Source: Candidatus Curtissbacteria bacterium RIFOXYA1_FULL_41_14 (GTDB taxonomy: Bacteria; Patescibacteriota; Microgenomatia; Curtissbacterales; GWA2-41-24). Taken from it: a stretch of 64,000 bases of DNA. Position 1 is the first letter of the stretch. Every line of letters starts with the position of its first letter. Position numbers and translations under genes: made by a program. Shown here piece after piece: positions 35,741 to 45,306 of the stretch. The stretch lies in assembly GCA_001775095.1 (NCBI GenBank), contig MFCA01000029.1, forward strand, positions 55,975 to 119,974, written 5' to 3'. A model generated the notes under the pieces. The model had not been told where the DNA came from, ran no database searches, and saw nothing but the letters and a program-made list of their open reading frames with translations.

Positions 35741-36304
35741 TCATTTTTTGCAAATAAACAAAGTTGTTGAACCTGGGAAAAATCGGCAAGGTCGAATAAT
35801 TTTCACCTTGAATCTTAACAATGACAGTAAATTTCTTAATTTCTTAGCGTTCCAATAACAAATTCTGTCATTTGGATAAAGAACGAAATCCCAAAATCTT
35901 GAAAGTTTACTTCTAACAAATTCACCCGTATCTATTTCTTTTATCGTCAATGTCCCACCCTTTTTAAGATTTTTGGCGATATTTTTCAGAATTTTTTTCT
36001 GATCTGGGAAATTAATGTGGTGCAGAACATCGGAAAGAATAACCGCGTCGAAATTTTTGACAGAATAAGTTCTGATATCACTTTTGACGAATTGCAAATT
36101 CTTTTGCAAGGGTTTGGGAAGCCTTTTTTTATCAAGATCAACTCCAATTACAGTCCTTCCTTTGGTTTTGGATAGATAGGCGGCTACAACTCCTTCGCCG
36201 CACCCAAGATCCACAACCCTTGCGCCTTTAGGCACATTTTCATCAATTTCATCAAGCGGGAGAATTATTGATCTGAAAAAATTGTAAAAAAAAGGTGTTT
36301 TCAT
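35741..36304 (-). CDS. class I SAM-dependent methyltransferase
   Basis: VVDLGCGEGVVAAYL motif I, DAVILSDVLHHI, KKGGTLTIKE. Confidence 0.8.
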   Translation of the reverse strand: MKTPFFYNFFRSIILPLDEIDENVPKGARVVDLGCGEGVVAAYLSKTKGRTVIGVDLDKKRLPKPLQKNLQFVKSDIRTYSVKNFDAVILSDVLHHINFPDQKKILKNIAKNLKKGGTLTIKEIDTGEFVRSKLSRFWDFVLYPNDRICYWNAKKLRNLLSLLRFKVKIIRPCRFFPGSTTLFICKK

Positions 36305-37452
36305 TGTTCTGTCACCTTGCCGACTTTAAAAAAATCGTGAATGAAACCTGAGGCAAAATAAACAACAGTAATGACAACGGGGAAAAAGAAACGATAGCTT
36401 AAAACCGGGTAAATGAAAATCGCAAGATATGAAGCGACTGCCGAACATATCATTAAGATATCCAAAATGGAGGGTTTAAGACGGATTAATAACTTTACTA
36501 CTTTGAAAAGCGCAAAAAGGCATAAGACAAACCACCAATGACGAGAGACTAGTTCTCTGACAAAAACTAAATGAGAATCTATCACCGCTTGGGCAATATA
36601 ATTTATTACCTGCAGATTCGAATATGAATTACTATACAGACCGTAAGAGTTCATTGTGTAAATAAGAGTATCCAGGACGTTTTTTTGATTCGTTGCGTAT
36701 GAGACTAAGATGTACAAGATCGTTAAAAGGAAAGAAACAACAGTTGCCCGGAAAAATTTTTTTTTGAAATTTCCTATCTTAAAAACTCTGACAAATAAGG
36801 ATGCCAATACCAGCAGAGGCAGCATTAAGATGCTCTGTTCCCTGTTCAAAAAGGAAATTACCAAAAAGAAGGAAAAGAGATATAGCCATTTTGGATTCAT
36901 ATCCTTGGCGAATTTATAGATAAAAAAAAGCTGCAAAAGCCAAAATGCGGCTCCCATAGTATCTGTTAAAAAGTATGTAGACCAGTCCAAAAACGGGTAG
37001 AAGGAAATAAAAAGGCTCGCTGTAAAAGCCGCAAAGAATCTATTTAAACCTTGACTGAAAAAATAAAATGCCAGAAGCACAACCCCAAGATAACTTATAA
37101 AAACTGGAAGTAGAAAAGCCTGGTATTCATTATGCAAAATTTTGTTAAAAAGGTAAGCCAAAAACGGATAAAGAGGCCTTTTTTTGAAAAAGTCGTAGAC
37201 TTGGGAGTAGACGGCTTTGTTTTGAAAAATATTTCTCGAGATTTGTCCACTGTTGGCAAAGTCAACTTGATTTAGGACTAACTCCCTTGATTCTTGGAAC
37301 GAATTTCCCTGGAATTGGTAAAAGATATGTTTATAAAAGTAACTGTCTGAAAGATACGGAGATTTATGTCTCAAAATCAAAATAAACTGTATTGTTGAGA
37401 ATAGTAAAAGGAAAACTAATATTAGAAAATCCTTTTTATTTGGAATATGCAT
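36301..37452 (-). CDS. polytopic membrane protein, possible GT-C
   Basis: At least 10 TM helices. Loop with RPLYPFLAYL. No firm family. Confidence 0.3.
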   Translation of the reverse strand: MHIPNKKDFLILVFLLLFSTIQFILILRHKSPYLSDSYFYKHIFYQFQGNSFQESRELVLNQVDFANSGQISRNIFQNKAVYSQVYDFFKKRPLYPFLAYLFNKILHNEYQAFLLPVFISYLGVVLLAFYFFSQGLNRFFAAFTASLFISFYPFLDWSTYFLTDTMGAAFWLLQLFFIYKFAKDMNPKWLYLFSFFLVISFLNREQSILMLPLLVLASLFVRVFKIGNFKKKFFRATVVSFLLTILYILVSYATNQKNVLDTLIYTMNSYGLYSNSYSNLQVINYIAQAVIDSHLVFVRELVSRHWWFVLCLFALFKVVKLLIRLKPSILDILMICSAVASYLAIFIYPVLSYRFFFPVVITVVYFASGFIHDFFKVGKVTEQ

Positions 37453-37455
37453 CTA

Positions 37456-37992
37456 TTAAAGTTTGCGGATTACTTTGGCAGGTACTCCCGCAACAAGCGT
37501 TTTTGAGGGAACATTTTTTGTTACCACGCTGCCAGCTGCAACAAAAGACATTTCTCCGATTATGACTCCCGGCAAAATGGTACTTGCGGCGCCGACAGCG
37601 CTACCGCTTTTGACGATTACAGCACGTGAACTTTTTGGAAACTTTGTCTGCAATGGGTGGTTTTTATAACCTACATTGAGATGAGTCAGGATCGTAACAT
37701 TTTGGGCTATAGTCACTTGATCTTCCAGGATTACTTGGTCATAAAGATCGATCAAAGTTTTATCCCCGATAAAACATTCTTCGCCAACTTCTAATCCCCC
37801 AGGCCCCCTGTGATGCCAATTAAAAAAATTAACATTCATTAAGATTGAGTGGTTACCAATTTTTGCACCTAAAAGAACTAAGAATATTTTTCTTAAAGGC
37901 GGCAGGAGACAAAGGCAATAAATTGTTTGCAAAAAACTAAAAAATATAAACTTTAAAGTTTTTTTAAAACCAATTTCGTCAACTATTCTCAT
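37456..37992 (-). CDS. hexapeptide-repeat O-acetyltransferase, paralog of 20857-21453
   Basis: LbH repeats (ILTHLNVG...VIVKSGSAVGAASTILPGVIIGEMSFVAAGSVVTKNV). C-terminus aligns with the paralog (GGVPAKVIGERK / AGVPAKVIRKL). Confidence 0.7.
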   Translation of the reverse strand: MRIVDEIGFKKTLKFIFFSFLQTIYCLCLLPPLRKIFLVLLGAKIGNHSILMNVNFFNWHHRGPGGLEVGEECFIGDKTLIDLYDQVILEDQVTIAQNVTILTHLNVGYKNHPLQTKFPKSSRAVIVKSGSAVGAASTILPGVIIGEMSFVAAGSVVTKNVPSKTLVAGVPAKVIRKL

Positions 37993-38007
37993 TTATCGTT
38001 TCTAATT

Positions 38008-38110
38008 ATAAACTTCCGAGGACTGAAAGTCCTCGGTATTGCTCTTTAAGTTTACATGAGCGAGCAGAGTATGTATTCACTTTTGCAATCTTGCTCTGCG
38101 AGCGAATATA
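38008..38110 (-). promoter_or_regulatory. conserved hairpin-containing leader element upstream of acetyltransferase gene (copy 2)
   Basis: ataaacttccgaggactgaaagtcctcggtattgctctttaagtttacatgagcgagcagagtatgtattc...gcgagcgaatata. Stem ggact/agtcc versus gggct/agccc in copy 1. 3' part overlaps the last codons of gene 38077-39666. Confidence 0.5.
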
Positions 38111-39666
38111 TGTTTTGCAAAAGAAAAAAGGAAAATTACTTGTAAGAAAATGGCAACAAATAAAGGGAACAGAATCAAATAACCTTTCAAGATCTGAGGC
38201 TTGTATTGACTTATCTGTTTAACAAAAGTAGAAACGTTGGTTGTTTCATAATAAGAAGCGGAAACATAACTAAGCGATACGTTATTAAATATGACCATCA
38301 AAAACACGATAAAAAAAAGTAGATATTTGGCAAATTTCTTAAATATCAACTGTGATACCTGCCAAAATCCGATTGTTAAAATTGTAAAATGGGGAATAAT
38401 CATCGGGAAGAAATAACGTCCCTGAATTCCAAAAGAATACCCATGCTCCAAATCAAAGAAATAATCCCATATAAGGAAAATTAGAAAATAGACTATTGAT
38501 GCATAAAGCATAAAAAATAGACCCAGGTCCAGTTCTTCAACTTTTCTTCTCTTAATAATTTGAAGTAGTTTAATGATAATCCCGGCAAATGCGATAAGAA
38601 TTAATCTGTTAATAATTTGGTAGTTGATATGAGGTACCGTTAGCGAAAGCCATTTGTATACGCCGAAGTACCACGGTAAAACTTCATCGTAAGTATGACG
38701 AGCAGTCCAGAGGGCAAATTGTAAAAAACGATTATCCAATAATTTGCTTAGTTCAACCTTGCCAATTTCAAAAAACGAAAAATTTCTTATAGGTTCTAAA
38801 TATTTTATGAAAAAACTTGCGATAAAGGTAATCACGATAAAGATTAGCAGGAGGGTCAAACTTTTTTTAAGAAATTTTAGATTTTTAAATATTTGGTAAA
38901 GAATCGGAAAGAGTACTATTGGTATGGAAATTAAAAATTGTTGCCTGGTTAAAAAACCTAAGATTATTACAATTGTTAAAAAAAATATCACAAAAAAATT
39001 TAGCCCTTTTGTTAAAATCTTTATACTTAAAAAAATAACCAGTGAGAAAAGCAAATTAGTCAGCGGGTCCGGTAAAACGCCGGTTGAAGCAAAAACAAAC
39101 ATCGGCGTAAATGCAACCAGACTCGCAAGCACTAATGGCAATGTTTTATTTTTGACAAAAATTATCTGGCCGATTTTATAACTTACAATTATCATAGTTA
39201 TGAAGAAAATTAATGACATCAGTCTTACTGCGTAGACCCTACTAAAAAGACTAGCGTTTTCAAATACTCTGTAAAATACAGAACCTAAAAAGGGGTAAAG
39301 CGGCGGGTTAAGAGTTGCTTCGTTTTTGACCAACTGGGTTCTGGCGGATCTTGGAAGATTATTGATTAAATTCTCTTGATAACCATAATAATTATCGGTG
39401 TAATCAAGCTTAAATTCTGGATGATAGGTAAATTTGTTATTACCTAACCCATCTCTTTCCGTACCCAAAATTTTTTCCGATAATGTAATTTCTAAGGACG
39501 TGTTGAGTTTATCAACTGGCCTTTGCCCTAGTTCTGCAACGTCTTGAATTTGTGCAAAATGGGCTTGTTCATCAGGATATTGCCAGAGAGGTGTCAAGAC
39601 TATCCATAAAACTGCATTCAAAAATGCAGAAACAAGAAGTATCCTGATTAATTGACTGGTATTCAT
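38077..39666 (-). CDS. GT-C membrane glycosyltransferase, ArnT-like (PDExxHF loop)
   Basis: First loop WQYPDEQAHFAQIQDVAELGQRPV parallels the ArnT DExRYA motif. About 13 TM helices, 529 aa. Confidence 0.5.
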   Translation of the reverse strand: MNTSQLIRILLVSAFLNAVLWIVLTPLWQYPDEQAHFAQIQDVAELGQRPVDKLNTSLEITLSEKILGTERDGLGNNKFTYHPEFKLDYTDNYYGYQENLINNLPRSARTQLVKNEATLNPPLYPFLGSVFYRVFENASLFSRVYAVRLMSLIFFITMIIVSYKIGQIIFVKNKTLPLVLASLVAFTPMFVFASTGVLPDPLTNLLFSLVIFLSIKILTKGLNFFVIFFLTIVIILGFLTRQQFLISIPIVLFPILYQIFKNLKFLKKSLTLLLIFIVITFIASFFIKYLEPIRNFSFFEIGKVELSKLLDNRFLQFALWTARHTYDEVLPWYFGVYKWLSLTVPHINYQIINRLILIAFAGIIIKLLQIIKRRKVEELDLGLFFMLYASIVYFLIFLIWDYFFDLEHGYSFGIQGRYFFPMIIPHFTILTIGFWQVSQLIFKKFAKYLLFFIVFLMVIFNNVSLSYVSASYYETTNVSTFVKQISQYKPQILKGYLILFPLFVAIFLQVIFLFSFAKHIFARRARLQK

Positions 39667-39675
39667 CCAGGGTTT

Positions 39676-40362
39676 TTAGTCTGTGAATTTATATTTAAGC
39701 AGAAAGTAAATAGCAACAAAACCGTCCCACCATTTGATTTTCTTTTCGGAAATTGGCCTAGGATTGTAGCTTATGGGAACCTCAATTATTTTCACTTTAC
39801 GTTTTGCTATTTTGGCAGTTACTTCCGGGCAGAATTCAAAGCCTCTCGATTCAAGTTTTATCGCTTTGATTAATTTTGCCCTGAAAAGTTTATAACCCGT
39901 CGGCTCATCGGTAATGTGCGTTTTGTACAAAAGGTTGGTAATTTTGGTAACCAATCGTCCGCCCAGATTAAACGTCCAATGAGAAACTGGGTTTTTGACA
40001 AGTTCCCTTGAGCCATATACTACTTGAACATCTTTGTTTCTGAAAGGTGAAAGCAGGTTGTTGTAGTCTTTGGGATCATATTCAAAATCAGCATCCTGAA
40101 TAATCACAATATCGCCAGTCACGTGTTTCAAGGCCTTTCTTATGGACGCACCTTTGCCTAAATTTCTGGGGTTCGTGATAATTTTGTGGTTTTTAAGTTT
40201 TCTAAGATAGCTTGCTGTCTGATCAGTTGACCCGTCGTTTACAATAATGATCTCTTTTTGGTAGGGAATTTTAACTTTGCCGATTCGGCCCAATAATCCG
40301 TCTAATGAGTAAAATTCATTAAAGCTTGGAATAATTATTGAAACTTTTACTTTTTTTGGCAT
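39676..40362 (-). CDS. GT2 polyprenyl-phosphate sugar synthase (DPM1/GtrB-like)
   Basis: VSIIIPSFNE...IVNDGSTDQT...IQDADFEYDP. 228 aa. Confidence 0.75.
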   Translation of the reverse strand: MPKKVKVSIIIPSFNEFYSLDGLLGRIGKVKIPYQKEIIIVNDGSTDQTASYLRKLKNHKIITNPRNLGKGASIRKALKHVTGDIVIIQDADFEYDPKDYNNLLSPFRNKDVQVVYGSRELVKNPVSHWTFNLGGRLVTKITNLLYKTHITDEPTGYKLFRAKLIKAIKLESRGFEFCPEVTAKIAKRKVKIIEVPISYNPRPISEKKIKWWDGFVAIYFLLKYKFTD

Positions 40363-41036
40363 ACTGCAAAGATAGATAGTCCAACTGGAGGCTCTATTCT
40401 TTTTTCCAGGATAGTAATAAGGCCCATTATTTTATCGAAGATTCCAATTTGTCCAGCAGAGACCATTTTTCTTTTAAAGATTTTTCCGGCCACAAACCAG
40501 CCTAACAATCCGAACATATTCAGGTATTTAATTGATATTATTGTAAAGTGATTATTCTCAAGCAGATTCTTAAGTGAGTCTTTTGAGTATCTTCGGAAGT
40601 GATTGATTTCTTTATCCATCTCTCCATATGCCCACTGATGGGCCGGCACTAGAATTATCAGTTTCCCTCTGTGGCTTAACAAATTGTACAAATTCAAAAG
40701 AGCTTTGTCATCATTTTTTATATGTTCCAAAACGTTAAAACACATTATTGTTTTAAATTTTTTCTTATTAAAAAAATATATGGCTTGTTCAATATCTCCG
40801 TACCCGGCTTTTTCTTTTGGAAGGATTTTTTGAAGGTTTGTGGCTAATTCCAGGTCTTGGTCAATTGCGTAAACCAAATAGTCTTTAAGAAGCAACTCCA
40901 CAAATGCACCATTGCCGGCTCCCGCGTCAAGAATCGGGCTTTTGAGGTGATTTTTAACTTGAGTGACAAGCCATTGATTATATCTCTTGGCGGTCGTTTT
41001 CATAATATCAAGGGATTTTTTGCCTCTATATTCCAT
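40347..41036 (-). CDS. class I SAM-dependent methyltransferase
   Basis: ILDAGAGNGAF motif I, FKTIMCFNVLEHI, HRGKLIILVP. Confidence 0.75.
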   Translation of the reverse strand: MEYRGKKSLDIMKTTAKRYNQWLVTQVKNHLKSPILDAGAGNGAFVELLLKDYLVYAIDQDLELATNLQKILPKEKAGYGDIEQAIYFFNKKKFKTIMCFNVLEHIKNDDKALLNLYNLLSHRGKLIILVPAHQWAYGEMDKEINHFRRYSKDSLKNLLENNHFTIISIKYLNMFGLLGWFVAGKIFKRKMVSAGQIGIFDKIMGLITILEKRIEPPVGLSIFAVCQKK

Positions 41037-42600
41037 TTAATTTCCTGACTGTGATTGCGCCGTTAATATCTATCTCTTTAGTTAATTTATAGCTGTCGAA
41101 GTTTTTGAGCCAGGAATCTTTGGTGTAAAATTCATTTTGCTCGCTGTTTTCGAGAATTAAGTAAATTGTCGAGGCGATTTTGCCGTTTGAATATAATTCT
41201 TTATTCCTGACATATCGAGGTTGATTAGGTAAATAAGCAAAATCCACAGGTAAGCCTTTTTTAAATCTTACTCCCTGCCACCAAAATAAATATTGATAGG
41301 AAAAATCGTAAATAGGCGGTGTATAAACATAGACAGAAAACGGTTTTCCTTGACTATCGTCGTAAATATACTCTATCGCCGCTAACTGATTGGAAAGTTG
41401 CGCCGGGTCGTTCTTCGCATTGGCAGTTCTTTCATCTTTAGCATAAGGAAAAATATTTAAACCCAGGAATAAAACCACGAAAACAACAGCCGCAGCTTTA
41501 TTTCTGATCCCGACAAGTGCATATACGATTAAAAAGGCCACAAAAATAAAAGTTCCGTACAAATACCAAGTTTTTATTTCTACGGTAATAAAGACCGAGA
41601 AAACTATAAAAATAATCAGCAGAGAAACAACATTTATTTTTAGTAAAATATGCAAATTTTTATCCCTATCAGTCTTGATAAAATGATAAAGTCCAAATCC
41701 GATTAACAAAAGTATCAGCAATGCAATAATATTGGATTGAGGAGAAACACTTTCCTTGAAAAGTTCAAAAAAGATACCGGCTCTATCTAAGATCCTTGGA
41801 AGGAACGGCAATTGCCCGGACAAAGATGGATTGTTCCCCGCAAAATATGCAAGCAAAGACCGCGTTTGAATAAAGTTATTGCGAAGTTCAAACAGAATTT
41901 GAGGGGTAAAGGGCAAGACATAAGCAAAAAAAGATATTGCGGCAATCTTAAATAATTTCCTTGTGCGGTAGAGTTTAAAGTAAAAAAAGATAAAGATGGG
42001 AATAAAAGTAAAAACAACAGCGGACGGAGGTTCTGTATGGTAAATCAGGCTCACTGACAAAAAAGATGCTGAAATAAACAAAGGATTTTTTGTGACAGCC
42101 AGGAATAAAAAATATATCATACAAAGAGTCAAAATAGGGGTAATATTAGCCGGGAAGGCAAAAAGAGAAAGATTGATCATTTGAGAACTAAAAAGAATAA
42201 TAATTGAGAAGATAAGGGCGTAAAACCGCGACAAATATTTATGAAACCAACAGTATGCTAAAAAACCTGTCAGTGAGAGTGAGAGTGAAACGGTAATAAC
42301 TGCAGACAGCGGATGGCCATTCGATAAGAAAAGGGGTATTGATAAAAAATAGTACCATAAAGGCCCAAAGTAGACACCCCAAATACTTGCAGCGGGACCA
42401 ATTAAAGTGGGTTCTTTATAGAAGACTATGTCTTTGGCCCAAAGCAAATCACGGCCCATGTCGTAGGCGAATGGTACCGAATCTCTAATGACTATAAGCA
42501 ATCTAAGTAAAAATGCAAGACCAGCAAGTAAGATGATCAATTCGCTCAATTCTAACAAATTCTTCCGCAAAACTGGTATATTTGGAAAGTTATGAAGCAA
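41026..42600 (-). CDS. polytopic membrane protein, GT-C-like (TTG start in track, start uncertain)
   Basis: About 13 TM helices. Loop FAYDMGRDLLWAKDIV. Genomic position next to GT2 and methyltransferase is like other GT-C sets here. Confidence 0.35.
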   Translation of the reverse strand: MLHNFPNIPVLRKNLLELSELIILLAGLAFLLRLLIVIRDSVPFAYDMGRDLLWAKDIVFYKEPTLIGPAASIWGVYFGPLWYYFLSIPLFLSNGHPLSAVITVSLSLSLTGFLAYCWFHKYLSRFYALIFSIIILFSSQMINLSLFAFPANITPILTLCMIYFLFLAVTKNPLFISASFLSVSLIYHTEPPSAVVFTFIPIFIFFYFKLYRTRKLFKIAAISFFAYVLPFTPQILFELRNNFIQTRSLLAYFAGNNPSLSGQLPFLPRILDRAGIFFELFKESVSPQSNIIALLILLLIGFGLYHFIKTDRDKNLHILLKINVVSLLIIFIVFSVFITVEIKTWYLYGTFIFVAFLIVYALVGIRNKAAAVVFVVLFLGLNIFPYAKDERTANAKNDPAQLSNQLAAIEYIYDDSQGKPFSVYVYTPPIYDFSYQYLFWWQGVRFKKGLPVDFAYLPNQPRYVRNKELYSNGKIASTIYLILENSEQNEFYTKDSWLKNFDSYKLTKEIDINGAITVRKLNGI

Positions 42601-43905
42601 AGATCCTGGAGGTTTGATATCTTTTTATTTTTCCTGTTGTTTTTCGCAAGCTTAATAATATTTAGAGATTCTTTATCTACTTTTTTTGTTCAGGACGATT
42701 TTATTTTAATCAACCAGTTCTCTCAAAATAGTCTTTTGCAGGATATCAAAAATGTTTTCGGCCTCCCGCAAGTTACCCATTGGCGTCCAATTCACAATTT
42801 ATTTTTTTTAATAGCCGGTAATATTTTTGACAAAAATTATGTCGGATATCATCTTCTGACTTTTCTTTTTCAAATCGGATCAGGCTTTTTAATCTATAAA
42901 GTTGTCCGAATGTTAACTAGAGATCATAAAAGCGGATTGATCGCTGGACTTATCTATACAATCCACCCTGCTCATTTTATCTCTCTTTTTTGGATTTCCG
43001 GTTCAGCAACGGTTATTGGATTTTTCTTTTTAGTTACTTCGTTCTATTGTTATTTTGTTGATAGAAAAATCGCATCTTTAATATTATATGTAATCTCTTT
43101 ACTTGCTTCTGAAGCAATGGTAGTCGGTCTGGCAATATTTACATCTTATGAATTTTTATTCAAAAAAGAAAAAACTGATAAGTTTTTATTAACAATAACT
43201 GGAATTATGTCGGTAATTTTTCTGATAATAAGGTTTGTCTTTTTTACCCCGAAAGTGACTATTGATGTTTATCAACTTGAGTTATCCGCTAAAGTTCTTA
43301 ACGCTATAAAATATTATCTTTTAAGGACAGCCGGATTTGCAGAAGCATCTGGAGATAAAATCGTCTCTCTCATACTTTTTGGCTGGCTGACTTTGATTAT
43401 TTTATTGCTATTCAAAAGTTTGAACAAAAAACAAAATATTAACCTGTTGATATTTTCAATCGTCACGATTATTGCGGGATTTTCCCCATTTATTCTAATT
43501 CCTTCCCATCTTTCTCCACACTACATGAATGTTTCGATATTTGGTTTTGCAATAATAATCGGGCTAGCACTAAAGCAGTTAAGGCCGGTGACGTCTTTTG
43601 TATTTTTGTTAATATTTTTAGGGATTTCTATCTACAATATCAATTTGACGAAAAGTAATAACTGGGTTTTCAAAAGGGCTGACTTAGCAAAGGCTTACGT
43701 CGAACAAATTGAGAAAGAAAATTCCCTTCCGGAAAGTAAACTCGTTTTTGCAGACAATAAAATGTCAACTTCACAAGAGGCTTATATCGCACTGGGAACT
43801 GGCGAGGCAATAAAATTTTGGTTTAAAGATAAAAATTACAGGATGTGTTTTACGTTTTTTGAAAACTGTGATTTTAGCCAAAATAAAATTTTTATTTTAG
43901 ACTAG
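42592..43905 (+). CDS. polytopic membrane protein, GT-C-like (QDD motif)
   Basis: Loop FFVQDDFILINQ...HWRPIHNLFF, then about 10 TM helices. One of only two plus-strand genes inside the minus-strand block. Confidence 0.35.
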   Translation: MKQRSWRFDIFLFFLLFFASLIIFRDSLSTFFVQDDFILINQFSQNSLLQDIKNVFGLPQVTHWRPIHNLFFLIAGNIFDKNYVGYHLLTFLFQIGSGFLIYKVVRMLTRDHKSGLIAGLIYTIHPAHFISLFWISGSATVIGFFFLVTSFYCYFVDRKIASLILYVISLLASEAMVVGLAIFTSYEFLFKKEKTDKFLLTITGIMSVIFLIIRFVFFTPKVTIDVYQLELSAKVLNAIKYYLLRTAGFAEASGDKIVSLILFGWLTLIILLLFKSLNKKQNINLLIFSIVTIIAGFSPFILIPSHLSPHYMNVSIFGFAIIIGLALKQLRPVTSFVFLLIFLGISIYNINLTKSNNWVFKRADLAKAYVEQIEKENSLPESKLVFADNKMSTSQEAYIALGTGEAIKFWFKDKNYRMCFTFFENCDFSQNKIFILD

Positions 43906-45296
43906 TTTTTCTTTCTTCGCTTCACGAGATTCACTCTCATTCCCTGCATGAATAACCACCATAAATAAAGAATCGATAATGTTAAAATCGAAATAATCGC
44001 TCCTTTTTGAAACTCTCTTTTAAAGATTAATTCTGGTGAGCCGTCAGTCTTTGACATATTTAATTTAAGAGGTGTGGTGAGTTGTTTTTCGGAAAGGTTC
44101 TCTAAACCCTCAAGGACTATCTGGGAATTTTCCCAAATGAAATATTTATTAAACACTAAGATTTGCTGAATGATAACAGAGGTGATTATTGCTGTGAATA
44201 AAATAACTTTAAAATAGTTATTGAGTCTTTTTGTTATTAACTCATATCCGAAAGCGGCAAGAGATGCTGCAGCAAAAGTACTTACAAGTGCAAATCTGGC
44301 GGGTGCGCGAAAGGGAAAGTCTGGAATATGAGCAACTATCCAATAGGGCTTAAAGTATCCTCCAAAACTTATCAGCAAAAAAATGGCCCAAATTATATAT
44401 AAAGCTCCGACAGTTTTTATATTTCTGTTTTTGAAAATAATTACAATTGGCAATAGGGCTAATAAAAATGGAGCTGTCCAGATTGTAATATTTAGTTCCC
44501 AAAAGCCTCCACCAATTTGAGTAAAACCTAAATCGTCACCTGGTCGAGAAACACCAAAGACACCCGGCAGTAGATAAGTAATAAGATGAGACTCCGGAAG
44601 TGAATAAGAGAAATGAATCGCAATACCCCAGTCTTGACGCTGAGAAATTGTAAAGAGTCGTGCGGTAGGTAAAAGCTGAATAGCGCTTAGGCCAAGTCCT
44701 AAAATTGTAAAAAAAATGACCATTAAAATTTTTTTGGTTACTTGAAAAAAGTTTTGTTTTTTAAGAATTGACAAAATGAAGACGTATGATAAATAGCCGG
44801 CAATACTTGTTAGGGCAATTTGAACGTGACCAGCTGTAATTTGAAGATATATTAAAAATGGTAACAGAAAAAGTGAATTGGTATTTTTAGACGATTTCTG
44901 GATGATCAAGAACCCCCAAGGCATGAGTGATGCCGTAAAAATGATTGAGGGCTGAAAATATCTGCTCACTATAAAACCTGAAAGAATAAAAATAAGCCCT
45001 CCCAACAGACTTCCTAGTTTGCTGCAGTTGTTCTCTTGCAGGAAAAAGTAAGTGCCGGCGATGGCGATAATCGCGTAGGACAAATAAAGTAAATTCACAG
45101 AGACTGAAAAAGGAAAGATAAATAAAATCAACGAGTTTATAGGAGAAAGAATACCCGTTTCCCCTTCAGCAAGAAGTGGGTATCCATTTTGGTAAAGCAA
45201 GGGAACCCAATGAGGAATTTGCAGATTTTTTAAGTAACCGGAAATGAGATAATACCAGGGTAAGTATTGAGTTATAAGGTCGGAAGTGTAAAACAT
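43902..45296 (-). CDS. polytopic membrane protein, YfhO-like
   Basis: N-terminal loop PHWVPLLYQNGYPLLAEGETGILSPINSL resembles 28567-30534. About 12 TM helices. Confidence 0.35.
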   Translation of the reverse strand: MFYTSDLITQYLPWYYLISGYLKNLQIPHWVPLLYQNGYPLLAEGETGILSPINSLILFIFPFSVSVNLLYLSYAIIAIAGTYFFLQENNCSKLGSLLGGLIFILSGFIVSRYFQPSIIFTASLMPWGFLIIQKSSKNTNSLFLLPFLIYLQITAGHVQIALTSIAGYLSYVFILSILKKQNFFQVTKKILMVIFFTILGLGLSAIQLLPTARLFTISQRQDWGIAIHFSYSLPESHLITYLLPGVFGVSRPGDDLGFTQIGGGFWELNITIWTAPFLLALLPIVIIFKNRNIKTVGALYIIWAIFLLISFGGYFKPYWIVAHIPDFPFRAPARFALVSTFAAASLAAFGYELITKRLNNYFKVILFTAIITSVIIQQILVFNKYFIWENSQIVLEGLENLSEKQLTTPLKLNMSKTDGSPELIFKREFQKGAIISILTLSILYLWWLFMQGMRVNLVKRRKKN

Positions 45297-45306
45297 TCGT
45301 TTATAG

